Made by a program: the position numbers and the translations under genes
Notes under the pieces: model-generated
Seen by the model: the letters and a program-made list of their open reading frames with translations, nothing else
Told to the model about the DNA's origin: nothing
The model's database searches: none
DNA from: Octopus vulgaris
Lineage: Eukaryota
Length of the DNA stretch: 64,000 bases
Reading direction: 5' to 3'
Assembly (NCBI GenBank): GCA_951406725.2
Contig: OX597837.1
Coordinates: 9,982,001 to 10,046,000, forward strand
Shown: positions 36,834 through 52,622 of the stretch, in pieces
Position numbering within the stretch: the stretch's first letter is position 1
Layout of the letters: every line of letters begins with the position of its first letter

Positions 36834-39435
36834 ATGGCAGACAGTTCTGGTGTTCCACAGACACACCAACCGAGTTCTGCCGATCTTTGCCGAAGTGGAA
36901 GTCGAAGCCGAAACGACGACGTCGACGACGACGAGAACCTACCAGAGCACGAAGAAAACCTCTCCGTCGCCGCCCTCGCCTCCAGCAGCAGCAGCAGCCG
37001 TGGCAGCAGCAGTAAGAACAGAACCTTCACTCATCATCTGCAACAGCAACAAGAACAACAAGAACAGCAGCAGCAGCAACAACAAACGCAACAACAACGG
37101 AATCTACAGCATCCTTCGCATCTCCTTCCATCCCTGCCTCCCCCCAATCATCATCATCATCATCAACAGCAGCATCAGCATCATCATCATCATGAGCATA
37201 ACAACAGCAGCAACACCACCAACAGCAGCAGCAATATCAGGAGCGGTAGCAGAATCGGCAATAGTAGTAGTAGTAGTAGTAGTATTAACAGCAGCAGTTG
37301 GAACTTAGCGGCACGTGACCGCCTGCAAACGAGATGGAATGGTACTGACGCTGGCGGCGGGGGTGGTGGTGGTGGTGGTGACGGTGGTGGAGCCGACGGT
37401 GGCGCCGTCGGTGGTGGTGGTGGCGGCCGTTTTCCTAATAGTAATATTAGTAGTAGTAGCGTTGGTGTAGGCGGTGGCTTTGTCTATAGTGGTGGTGGTG
37501 GTGGTGGTAACGGCGGTGAAGTTGTTAGTGGTGGTGGTGGCGTATATACTGGAGCTATAAGTCGTGACGGTGGTGGTGGTGGTGGCGGCGGTGGTGGTGT
37601 ATGTTGTAGTGTTGGCACTGGTGTTGGTGGTAGCGGTGGAGCTGTAGTTAGTATTACTGGTGGTGGTGGTGGTGGTGGTGGTGATTCTGCTACTGCCAGT
37701 GCTGGCGACGATGGTGGTGGTGGCGGTGGTGGTGGTGGTGACGGTGGTGGTGGTGGTGACGGTGGTCTTAGTGTTAAAGGAAAGCGCGAACGGTGGGGAA
37801 GAAAAAGGAAAAACAGAGGTGATGGCGGTGGTTGTAGTGGGAGAAGAATAAAAAGCGGCGGTGCTGTGGTAAGCATTTGCATGCGCGACCTCACAACGTC
37901 CGCGTCGGCGTCAGCGTCGACGTCGACGTCGCTATTGTCGCCGACGTCGTCGTCGATGTCGACGTCGACGACGGCGCCGAACATCGCCGCTGGAGCCAAC
38001 GTCGCCGGCGTCGGCGAGACTCGAGAAGGACGTGAAGATAGAATCGGTGGTGACGGCGGCGGCGGGGGCGGTTGCGGAGGGGGCGGTGGTGGTGGTGGTG
38101 GTGGTTGTGGTGGTGGTGGCGGCGGTGAGGCAGTAATTGGTGACTGCAGAGCGCGGTTGAAACCGGGACGGCTACAAGAAGACCAGCATCATGATCATCA
38201 CGATCATCATCATCATCAGGATCAAGAGCAGCATCAGGGGCCGCACGAGCCGCAGGTGCATCGTCGAGGGCGTTGTGGTGGTTGTTTGTATTGTTGTTAT
38301 TGTACACCCACTTCCCCCTCGTCTCCCCCCTCTTCCACTTCAAATCCTCCTCGCATTTCGCCGCCGCCACTACCACCACCACCATCATTATCATTATCAT
38401 CACCATCATCATCATCATCGTCATCATCATTATCGACATCACCGTCGTCGTCGTCGTCGTCGCCGTGTTGTTGTGGCTCTGACCATTCCAAGTGGCGGTG
38501 GTGGCGCTGCCGTCGCAATGGCCACGGGCAGCAGCAACAGTCTAAGGATTATGACAAGCAACGACGCCGCGACCACCACCACGTACGGGAACGCTTTGGT
38601 GAAGGCGGCGGCGGCGGCGGCGGCGGTGAAGACTTCGACGACGACGACGAAGACGACGACGATGACGACGAAAGACAGCAACTGCAAGAACAACGATGCT
38701 GTTCTCATAAACATCATCATCACCATCATCATCATCATCGTAATCGCAGTCCACAACATCATGGAAATAATAACAATAATAAAACTAATAATAATAATGA
38801 TAATAAGAGCAATAATAATAATAATAAGCGGAGCCATCATCATCATCATCATCATCAACATCATCAACATCATCAACATCATCATCATCAACATCATGGC
38901 CGCCGGCATCGCCGACACCGCCATCTTGATAATCAGCAGGAGCAACAGCAACCGTTAGTCGAAGAATACAGAGGAGAACAAGAACAAGAAGAACAACAAC
39001 AGAAACAGCAGCAGCAGCAGCAGCGGCCGCGGCAGCAGAGGCAGCAGCAGCAGCAGCGGCAGCGGCAGAAACTACAAGATGGCGACGGCGCCGACGACGA
39101 AGGGGAAGAAGAAGAAGAAGGAGAAGGAGAGGAGGAGGAAAAAAACGGAAAAGCAAAACAAGGAGAAAAGGAAAGAGACGAAGAGGCAGCAGTCGGAGGA
39201 CGACGCGGAGGAGGAGGAGGAGGAGGAGGTGGAAGTAAAAGAAGGGGAGGTAGAGGAGTAGCGGGTAGAGGTAGCAAGGGCGCTGGAAGGAGTGAGCGGC
39301 ATCAGTGCTATCGACAACACCAGTCAGATAGTGATGAGGCGTGCGGGATGTGTGAATTCCGACCAAAATGGATGCAGATTTTCAATAATCCACGGGCCTT
39401 ACTCTTCTTCCTTTGCGCAGGATCTTTTATACAAG
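36834..39435 (+). CDS. First coding exon of an OATP / solute carrier organic anion transporter (SLCO4-like) with a very long low-complexity N-terminus; exon 36797-39435, continues beyond the window
   Basis: Acceptor ctctaat...ctctacttgcag|G at 36796/36797; cacagaATGG Kozak context; 867 open codons; ends ACGMCEFRPKWMQIFNNPRALLFFLCAGSFIQG, matching the SLCO4A1-type CG..F.P..LQ..N.PK..LFFLC...F.QG motif before and within TM1; phase-1 donor CAAG|gtaagt at 39435/39436. Confidence 0.85.
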
Positions 39436-39502
39436 GTAAGTCAAAATTTATTGGCCGAATATATACACACACATATATATATAAATATATATATATATAT
39501 AG

Positions 39503-39622
39503 AATTATAATTTAGGGTATCTGAGAGATAGCACCACGCTGGAAATAGTAGGGTTTTTGGAGTCAGATTTTGGCTGCTATTTCCAGCGTGGTGGCATCTC
39601 TGAGATACCCTAAATCATAATT
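39503..39622. repeat. Hairpin with ~48 bp arms just downstream of the splice donor
   Basis: aattataatttagggtatctgagagatagcaccacgctggaaatagtag versus ctgctatttccagcgtggtggcatctctgagataccctaaatcataatt. Confidence 0.85.
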
Positions 39623-39764
39623 TTGATAATACTTATTACCTTTGAAGGTTTTTATCCCCATGCTGGCCACCTGATAAGATCGGGATTAAAATACCGATCT
39701 TAACTTTATTTATATTTTATATATATATATATATCCTGTTGCTTATTTTTATTATGCGCGTGTT

Positions 39765-39797
<33 letters not shown>

Positions 39798-39802
39798 ATA
39801 AC

Positions 39803-39839
<37 letters not shown>

Positions 39840-39983
39840 TTCCACTTCGGCATCTGAAACTCGGAGTTTTATTTTGACTACTGAGTAATTGTAACATATT
39901 ATTTTACAGATAAATTTCCTCTATTTACATAATATTGAGGTATCTTTCTTTCTTTTGTTATCTTACCGTTTTTACCAATATAT

Positions 39984-40047
<64 letters not shown>

Positions 40048-40124
40048 ACTTATGTCTCTTTATATATATATGTGTGTACTTTTGTCATATATATATATGT
40101 ATTATGTCTATATATATATATGTA

Positions 40125-40177
<53 letters not shown>

Positions 40178-41416
40178 AGAAATGAGGTACTCAGAAATTC
40201 GGATGGTTTTATATTTACAGATATTTATTTGTATATTATGTATATACATCAAATATATATATATCCTGTTGCGCTTATTTTGATTATATGTGTGTGTGCG
40301 TGTGTGTATAACTATATATGTATATATACAACCTTTAGACTAAATAAACAAGATATATATCAATATACATGCATGTGTAAATTTTTGTTTATATAAATGT
40401 ATGTGTGTATATATTTATGTATATGTGGTGTGTATGTGTGTGTGGGCGGGTGTGTAGATCTATACACGTGCTGATACAAATATAGAGGTATATATACATA
40501 TATGTGTGTGTATGTGTGCGTGTATGTCTATCTGTTTTCATATGTATGTATGTATGTGTGTGTATGTGTGTATGTATGTATGTATGTATGTATGTATGTA
40601 TGTGTGTATGTGTGTATGTATGTATGTATGTATGTGTGTGTATGTGTGTATGTATGTATGTATGTATGTATGTATGTATGTATGTATGTATGTATGTATG
40701 TATGTATGTATGTATGTGTGTATGTGTGTATAAATACCAACTTCTTTCTTTACATAAACGTTATTGCTTATAGCATTAGTCTACTTCGAGGACCAATTCG
40801 CACACACACACACACACATATGTATGTATTTATATATGAGTGTAAGTATGCGTTTGTCAACATGTGTGTGTGTTTGTGTTCGTCTATGTGTGGGCGTGTT
40901 TCTGTGTGTGTGTGTGTATGTGTGTGTGTGTGTGAATGTAAATATTAAGCAATTTGTTGAATATATACACAAATACGCGCGCGCGTAGCTACAAGCGTGG
41001 ATTTACGTTATTTTGGTTTTATTTTTGTGTGTGTGTGAAATATCTCTCGGGTTCAAAGCCAAAACATGTGTGTATGGGCCCCTATACGCGCACGCATACA
41101 GACACACACACTAAATAAATACACATATACACACACATACACACATACACACATACACACGCACATATATATATATATATACATATCAAAATAAGCAACA
41201 GGATTACATATATATATATATATATATTATTGTGTGGGGGTGTATGCATATATGTATGTATATATGTTAATGTGTATACATGCATAGAGATAAATATACA
41301 CAGATACACAGTTGTAGGGATCTATTTCTTGTTTGTATACGTGTATTTGTTTATACGCACGCGTACACATGCACGTGTATACAGACACCTACGTACACGC
41401 ATATGTTGATATTTTT

Positions 41417-42040
<624 letters not shown>

Positions 42041-42598
42041 ATATATATATATATACCGGAGTAAACACATAAATGTGAAACAAGGTGGAAAAAAGAGTAC
42101 TACATATATACACACACGTGCGCGCGCGCATATATAGACACGTAAAATTTTTATTGTGTACGTATGTGTATACACACACATTCAAATATATATACATTCA
42201 TATATATATATATATATATATGTTTGTATAATACCTCACTGTTGTAAACATACACAGACTCACACATATGCGACCAATTCTACACATGGATATTTTGTCT
42301 GTCTGTATGTCACCAATATTTTTTTCTTTCATTCTTCCTCATTTCGTCTCTCGCTCCATTCCTCTCCATTTTTTTCTCTCTCTCTCTCTCTTAATCTCGG
42401 TCTCTGTGTTGTTTGCGTTAATAGTCAAACCCTCCCACGCATATGTCCAAACAACACATGCATATCTTTATATAAACACAATTATATATATATATATATG
42501 TTTATCGACGTGTGTACGTGTTTGTGTAAATGTAAGTCAATATGTGTATATGTATATATATAGTTATATATATATATATACACGCACACACACATATT

Positions 42599-42635
<37 letters not shown>

Positions 42636-42683
42636 GATAAAGGAAACGGAAGATAGATTTAATACGAATCTTATACATATATG

Positions 42684-42752
<69 letters not shown>

Positions 42753-42770
42753 ATGTATTATGTATGTATA

Positions 42771-42824
<54 letters not shown>

Positions 42825-42857
42825 GTATATATATATATGTGTGTGTATTCATGTATG

Positions 42858-42888
<31 letters not shown>

Positions 42889-42916
42889 GTATATATATAT
42901 GTGTGTGTATTCATGT

Positions 42917-42954
<38 letters not shown>

Positions 42955-43132
42955 ATTCATGTATGTGTGTGTGTGTATGTATGTATCATATATATATATA
43001 TATATACACACACATATATATTATATGTATATGTATGTATGTATATATGTATTGTACTCAACAATCGTGTATACATTCCAACAGTGTCTATTTAACTCTC
43101 GCTGTATGTTAATCCATCTTTCTCTGTCTGTC

Positions 43133-43196
<64 letters not shown>

Positions 43197-43700
43197 TCCT
43201 TCCCTCAGCTGAATACACAACATCACCTACAATGCACCAACGAAACGACAAGAGTCCTTTAAGTGGCCTATCGATCCGCTAGAAACATCAGCGGCGTCAA
43301 CCTCAGATCACACATTGGCAGGTTGTTTTTTTTTCTTCTTCTTCTTCTTCTTCTTCTTCTTCTCCTTGTTAGAAATAGGAAGGACAGGTTTCGTACCCAA
43401 ACGACATCTACTGACAGGAAGGGGGGGGGGAAATAGTTGTGCTTGTCAGAGGATGGATTAAGCTTCGCCTAGGGCTAAAGAACACAACAACAAAAGCAAT
43501 AATGAACAACAACAAAAAAGAAAAACAAAAGCAATAATAAACAATAATAATGACAAAAAATATAAACACACACACACACACACATACATACACACACACA
43601 CATATATATATATATATGTACGTATATACGCATACATCTACACACATAATATATATATGTGTGTGTGTATGTGAGTGTAGATATCTATATACTTGTATAC

Positions 43701-43766
<66 letters not shown>

Positions 43767-43887
43767 TTGTGAGTGTAGATGTTTATATTTTCGTATACAC
43801 TATATATATATATGTATTTATATATGAGTGTGTCTGTATGTATGTATATATATGAATATATATATGTATGTACGTATATGTATGTAC

Positions 43888-43919
<32 letters not shown>

Positions 43920-43964
43920 GTATTTGTATATGTGTGTGTATATATGTGTATGTATGTATGTATG

Positions 43965-44015
<51 letters not shown>

Positions 44016-44351
44016 GTGTGTGTGTGTGTGTGTATGTATGAATGTATATGTATCCTGAGATTCAAGACCGATTATGGCCAAGTATATATAATAGCGTAAC
44101 GTAATCTAATATCTGATAATCTACTAAAATACGTAACTATATGACTATGAGTTTTTTTATATATGTAAAAGAGTGCGTGTGTGTGTGTTTGTGTGTCCCC
44201 GGGTGTGAGCCTATTTATATACGAGGTGTATGTTTATATCCACTTGTTCCCTTTCTGTCTTACCCCCATCCTTCTCCGTTCCCTCCACTTTCTGGTTGTC
44301 TTGTCTTCATTTATCCCCTTTTCTCTCTCTCTCTCTCTCTCACAATATCTC

Positions 44352-44411
<60 letters not shown>

Positions 44412-44690
44412 GCTAATACTTAAGCGTCAGTCCCTCAATGACCCTCCCACACAAAACATTTCGCTCTCGGCAATTAACACGTATAATGTATACACACGCA
44501 CCTACACACACACACGCACACATGCACACACACACACACACACACAGATATGTGACTCTATATGCTTTGGAGAGACTCAGCTTATTTTTCTATCTGTCTT
44601 TCCTATTCTCGTAGGTTCTAATTTGTCCTCTCAAATTTCTCTTCCTCTCTCTCATTCGTCCTCTTATTCTCTCTCTTTCTCTCTATATAT

Positions 44691-44739
<49 letters not shown>

Positions 44740-45548
44740 CACACACACATATATATATATATACACATATATACACACATATATATTTGTATATAAACAT
44801 TCTCTGGCGGTAATGTATGTATGTGCGTGTGTATATTTCCTCTGTCTTCCCTTCTCGGGATCTTTCCTTCTCCTATGTTTCCGACAAAGAGCTCCGCTCG
44901 AAACGTTAAACCCTCCTTCTTCCCTTCTTTCCTGAGCGTCCAATAATACTTTATTTGTTCCACGTCCTCGCGTTGTTGTGTTTTTTTTTTTTTGTGTGTG
45001 ATTTCTTGTTTGGATTAACTTTATATATATATATATATATATAATAACAAAATAATAAATAAAACATATGCATATATACATACACATATGTTCGTACCTA
45101 CATCTATATGTATATATACATGCATATATGGGTATAGGACACCAAAAAGACGTCGAACACAACGAGAAACGAAAACAAAAGCACAAAACCAAAGAAACGG
45201 ACATTTCTTTAAACAACGAAAAAGCAGAGTAAAAGGCAAACAACACAAGGAAAATTCCCCTTCTTCAGCCGCCTCCGCTTCGTCTACTCCACACACATAC
45301 ATACATATATTCAAGTGTACGTGTATTGTATATAAGAATGTAAGAATGTGTAAACACACACTTGTTTATGTGGTTATAATGTTGACGGTAGGAACAGATA
45401 TTTTTTTCGTGCCCGTGCTTATAAGAGGCTCAATAAAGCGGAAAGAATTCGGATTCCAGGTTAATGACATATATACATCGGCGTGTACTCACCTAGACAC
45501 ACGCGTATGTATGGATGGATGGATGGATGGATTCACACACACACACAG

Positions 45549-45874
45549 GGCAAGTGTCTTCTACTATAGCCTCGGGCCCACCAAACCCTTGTGAGTGGAT
45601 TTGGTAGACGGAAACTGAAAGAAGCCCACCGTATATATGTATGTGTGTGTATATGTTTGTGTGTCTGTATTTGTCCCATCCAACATCGCCTGACAACCGA
45701 TGCTGGTGTGCTTATGTCCCCGTCACCTAGCGGTTCGGCAAAAGAAACCGATGGAATAAGTACTGGGCTTACAAAGAATAAGTCCCGGGGTCGAGTTGCT
45801 CGATTAAAGGCGGTGCTCCAGCATGGCCGCAGTCAAATGACTGAAACAAGTAAAAGAGTAAAAGGAGTAAAGAG
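45549..45874 (+). mobile_element. SINE family 1, 5'-truncated
   Basis: Body and tail motifs. Confidence 0.9.
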
Positions 45875-46246
45875 AGACGCAGACATGGTTTTGGATCTCC
45901 ATCGTTTGACATGAGGATTCAGGTGCTCATTTGACTGAATTAGCTTCTCTTTAATTAACGTGTTCGCGGTTGAGTATCCCGCATTACACAAGCGCCCTTA
46001 AATTAATTCTCAGACCTGATCATCATGACAAGGTTGTTCTTTTGGGATTAGATGTACACCTATCCCAAAGGTTGTACTTTTGGGGAAACTACAGGTAGAT
46101 CCACCCAATTTCACACGCAAAGTATGGGTCGACCCAACATTGTCGAAAATGTTATTAGATCCAGTGACCGCGTAGAATGAATCGGACTTGAAATATCGCG
46201 GATGCAAAGCGAATTATAAAAACAACTGGCTTTTTTTGTGCTTACT

Positions 46247-46800
46247 TACATACATACATACATACATACATACGTACGTACGTACATACATACATACATA
46301 CATACGTACGTACGTACGTACATACATTCGTACGTACGTACATACATACATTCGTACGTACGTCCGTATATACATTCGTACGTACGTACGTACATACGTA
46401 CGTACATACATTCGTACGTACGTACATACATACATACATTCGTACGTACGTACATACGTACATACATTCGTACGTACATACATACATACATACATTCGTA
46501 CGTACATACATATATACATACATTCGTACGTACATACATATATACATACATTCGTACGTACATACATACATACATTCGTACGTACATACATATATACATA
46601 CATTCGTACGTACATACATATATACATACATACGTACGTACATACATTCGTACATACATGTATGTATGTATGTATGTATGTGTGTATGCATGTGTGTATG
46701 CGTGTATGCATGTATGTATGCATGTATGTATGCATGTATGTATGCATGTATGTATGCATGTATGTATGTATGTATGTATGTATGTATGTATGTATATGTA
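46247..46800. repeat. (TACA/TACG)n tract switching to its complement (TATG)n at ~46658
   Basis: Visible tetranucleotide repeats with strand inversion. Confidence 0.9.
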
Positions 46801-47334
46801 CCTGTCTGTGTATGTGAGTGTGTTTTGTAAAAATCATGTTGAAAGTGACTTTTTAATTTTAGCGTGAAGGGTTTTATTAAGTCCTTGCTTGAGCAAGTCG
46901 TCAGGCGAAACCCGAAGACCTCGTCGGCGAGGACTTGACAAACCAATTTGAGTCTGCTGTCAGCAGTGACACCCCGACTGCCTCTCAATACACACACCTT
47001 ATCAATAACTGTTCCGTGGTTATTCTTTAACTTGCTTCATAACAACAACCTTAGGTTAGCATTTTATGGATGTGTCTGTCTGTCTGTATATCTATCCATC
47101 TATCTATCCATCTATCTTTCTATTTATCTATCTATCTATCAATCAATCTTTCTATCCATCTATCTGTCTATCTATCAATCAATCAATCAATCAATCACTC
47201 TATCAAACAATCTATCTGTCTATCTCTCTCTTTCTCTATCGATCTGTCTATCGGTCTATTTATCTGTCTGTCTAAGTAGCTACCTTTCTACGCACCTATC
47301 AACCTATCTATCTAATTATCTATTTATCTACCTT

Positions 47335-47431
<97 letters not shown>

Positions 47432-47578
47432 CTCGCTCGCTCTCTTTCCAATTTGTCTCTTCGTCTGTCTATCACGTTCTGACAAATTCATTCTGCATAC
47501 ACATGTGTTCTACATGAACACTCGTATACATGTGTATGCGTGGGTGTGCCTACACCTGTGTTTGTGTGTATATATATG

Positions 47579-47638
<60 letters not shown>

Positions 47639-47666
47639 GATCTATCTACCTATCTATCTACCAATT

Positions 47667-47702
<36 letters not shown>

Positions 47703-47723
47703 TCTCTATATATATATATATAC

Positions 47724-47761
<38 letters not shown>

Positions 47762-47851
47762 GTAGATACACGATCATAAATAGACATTGTATCTCTACTG
47801 TTTATTACTGGTTGCCACATTTTTTAGTCTGTACGTACGTACCCATTACAT

Positions 47852-47885
<34 letters not shown>

Positions 47886-48325
47886 GTGTGTGTGTGTGTG
47901 TGTTTAAGTGCTTAGAAAACGACCCCAGATGTTGGTTTATATAACTTTAGTATGACCTCTGAGGTCAACAACATCGTATATGGCAAGTTCGTTATTTGAA
48001 ACACTTCCTCATTATCGCTATTCTTCCACATTTTCTCGTCTTCGTCGTCGTTGTTATTTTTATTATTATTATTATTATTGTCATTGTTGTTGTTGTTGTT
48101 GTTGTTGTTATTGTTGTTTATCTTCTTGTTATTTATTATATATATTTTTTCCGTTTCTGATGCTATTTTCGCTGTTGTTGTTAACGCTGTTGGTTGTTTT
48201 TAATGGCAGTCGTTGTTTTTGACTTTAAGAGTGTAGGCGTTTTATGAATGTATTTGCGGAGAGCCGTTCGGATGTGTGTATGTGTGTGTGTGTGTGTGTG
48301 TGTGTTTACGTATATGTAAATATAT

Positions 48326-48359
<34 letters not shown>

Positions 48360-48420
48360 ATGTATATATAAATATATGAATCGGTGTGTGAGTCTGTATG
48401 AATCAGGAGCGCGGTATGTG

Positions 48421-49110
48421 TTCCGCCGAGGTCGACTTTGCCTTTCATCCTTTCGGGGTCGATAAATTAAGTACCAGTTATGCACTGGGGTCGATGTAAT
48501 CGAATTAATACCTATGTCTGTCCTTGTTTGTCCTCTCTGTGTTTAGCCCCTTGTGGGTAGTAAAGAAATAGGTATTTCGTCTGTCTTTATGTTCTGAGTT
48601 CAAATTCCGCCTTTCATCCTTTCGGGGTCGATAAATTAAGTACCAGTTACGCACTGGGGTCGATGTAATCGACTTAATACCTATGTCTGTCCTTGTTTGT
48701 CCTCTCTGTGTTTAGCCCCTTGTGGGTCGTAAAGAAATAGGTATTTCGTCTATCTTTATGTTCTGAGTTCAAATCTGCCGAGGTCGACTTTGCCTTTCAT
48801 CCTTTCGGGGTCAATAAATTAAGTACCAGTTATGCACTGGGGTCGATGTAATCGACTTAATATCTATGTCTGTCCTTGTTTGTCCTCTCTGTGTTTAGCC
48901 CCTTGTGGGTCGTAAAGAAATAGGTATTTCGTCTATCTTTATGTTCTGAGTTCAAATTCCGCCGAGGTCGACTTTGCTTTTCATCCTTTCGGGGTCGATA
49001 AATTAAGTACCAGTTACGCACTGGGGTCGATGTAATCGACTTAATACCTATGTCTGTCCTTGTTTGCCCCCTCTGTGTTTAGCGCCTTGTGGGTAATAAA
49101 GAAATAGGTA
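48421..49110 (+). mobile_element. SINE family 2, head-to-tail array of ~4 units (~183 bp)
   Basis: Junction aaagaaata-ggtat at 48571, 48740, 48923 and 49107. Confidence 0.9.
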
Positions 49111-49531
49111 TGTGTATGTGTACGTGTATATATAGACATATCTGTGTGTATGTGTACGTATGAAGGTCTGTGTATGTATGTGTATGTGTACGTGTACATA
49201 TAGACATATCTACGTGTGTGTATGTGTATGTGTACGTATGAAGGTCTGTGTAGGTGTGTGTATGTGTATACATGCAAGTCCGTTTGTGGTGTGTGTGCAT
49301 GTATGTATACGTATGTAAGGTAAGCATGTGTCAGTGTGTGCGTGTGAATGTGTTTGCGGATAGTCGTTCGGATGTGTGTGTGTGTGTGTGTGTTTACGTA
49401 TATGTAAATATATGAGTTGGTGTGTGTCCATATGTATATGTGTACATGTACATATAGACATATCTCTGTGTGTAGGTGTATGTGTACGTATGAAGGTCTG
49501 TGTAGGTGTGTGTATGTGTATGTATGCAGGT

Positions 49532-49571
<40 letters not shown>

Positions 49572-49759
49572 ATGTATGTATACGTATGTAGGTAAGCATA
49601 TGTCAGTGTGTACGTGTGTAGGGGGCATTACTGTTCTACATAATGTCAACCCTAAATCAACCGTGCCTAAAATCAAGCCCTTCCATCCGTGACCTTCTAC
49701 TCTTAATGCCAGATTTATAAATCCAGTGTGCATGTATTTTTTCTTTCATTTTTGTATTG

Positions 49760-50608
<849 letters not shown>

Positions 50609-50894
50609 GTATAAGTGTATGTAGATATTTTGTCATTTATTGTTGTTGTCGAACTGTATTCCATCCTTGACCATCCCATCATATTTTCTGGGAAAACAAT
50701 CTCCTATTCGGGATAAGAAATATCTCCAAATCCCAAAGTGTGTCCTTCCGTTATTCAAGATGTTTGGGCGTGGTTTAATGTGAATTTAACTGTTTTTTCA
50801 CGCGAGTTGAATGACCTTGCTGTGGTAATTGTTGTTGCTGTTGTTGTTGCGGATGTTTACACTATTGACGTAGGTCAGACAGTAATCTTAGTAG

Positions 50895-51470
50895 CAGCAA
50901 CAGAATCGTTAGCAAGCCCGGGGCGAAATGCTTAGCGATATTTCGTCTGCCGTTACGCTCTGAGTTCAAATTCCACCGAGGTCAACCTTTGCCTTTCATC
51001 CTTTCGGGGTCGATTGCATAAGTACCAGTTACGCACTGGGGGTCGATATAAACGACTTAATCCTTTTGTCTGTCCTTGTTTGTCCTCTCTGTGTTTAGCC
51101 CCTTGTGGGTAGTAAAGAAATAGGTATTTCGTGGGTCTTTATGTTCTGAGTTCAAATTCCACCAAGGTCGACTTTGTCTTTCATCCTTTCGGGGACGATT
51201 GCATAAGAACCAGTTAGGCACTGGAGTCGATGTAATCGACTTAATCCGTTCGTCTGTCCTTGTTTGACCTCTCTGTAAAGAAATAGGTATTTCGTCTGCC
51301 GCTACGTTCTGAGTTCAAATTCCACCGAGGTCAACCTTTGCCTTTCATCCTTTCGGGGTCGATAAATTAAGTACCAGTTTCGCACTGGGGTCGATGTAAT
51401 CGACTTAATCCCATTGTCTGTCCTTGTCTGTCCCCTTTGTTTCGCTCCCTGTGGGAAATAAAGAAATAAA
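50895..51470 (+). mobile_element. SINE family 2, trimer
   Basis: Head followed by units restarting at 51123 and 51286. Confidence 0.85.
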
Positions 51471-51613
51471 TATTAATAGCAGCAACAGAAGCTGTAGTAG
51501 CAGTAGTAGTAGTAGTAGTAGTAGTAGTTGGTGGTGGTGGTTGTCCTTGTCATCGCAGAGTTGATGGCGCTGTTGGTGTCGTATTAGTATAGCTCGATAT
51601 TGTGGTGGAGTTG

Positions 51614-51669
<56 letters not shown>

Positions 51670-52015
51670 GGTAGTAATAGTATTGTTGGTTGTAACATTA
51701 GTAGTAGTAGTTGTTGTTGTTGTTGTAGTAGTAGTAGTAGTACTGGTGGTAGTAGTAGTAATGGTGGTGGTGGTAGTGGAGCACATTCTTTTTTTGTGTC
51801 GTGCACTTTTTATATTGTCATCTATTATGATGATGATGATGATGATGGTGATGGTGATGTAATGTTGCCGATGATGCTTGTAAAGTAAATATCAGCAGCT
51901 GCAGCAGCTGCAGCATCCGCGGTGATGTGATGTGGTGGCGGGTTGCATTGCGTTGGTGCATTTGTCGTTTCGCAGTGATTATTAGATTGGCTCTCTGCGT
52001 CTTCGCTGTCATACA

Positions 52016-52622
52016 ACGACGACGATGATGATGATGATGATGACACCGACGACCTGCGATGATGATGATGATTGTGGTGAAGGTGATGAGGATGATGATG
52101 ATGACAATGACGACGACGACGATGATGATGATGATGATTGTGGTGAAGGTGATGAGGATGATGATGAGGACAATGACGACGACGACGATGATGATGATGA
52201 TGATTGTGGTGAAGGTGATGAGGATGATGATGATGACAATGACGACGACGACGATGATGATGATGATAATGACGACGACGATGACGATAATGATGATGAT
52301 GACAATGACGACGACGATGACGATGATGATGACAATGACGACGACGATGACGATGATGATGACAATGACGACGACGATGACGATGATGATGATTGTGGTG
52401 AAGGGGATGAGGATGATGATGATTGTGGTGAAGGTGATGATGATGATGATGATGACAACGACGACGACGATGATGATGATGATGATGATGATTGTGGTGA
52501 AGGTGATGAGGATGATGACGATGACGACGATGATGATGATGATGATGATGATTGTGGTGAAGGTGATGATGATGATGATGACGACGATGATGATCATTGT
52601 GGTGAAGGTGATGAGGATGATA
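52016..52622. repeat. (GAT/GAC)n minisatellite punctuated by tgtggtgaaggtgatga
   Basis: Visible higher-order repeat. Confidence 0.9.

Noticed and set aside
37484-39366. Overlapping antisense and alternative-frame ORFs within the transporter exon
   Set aside because: They are expected shadows of trinucleotide repeats; only the + frame from 36834 is continuous and ends in a recognisable domain.
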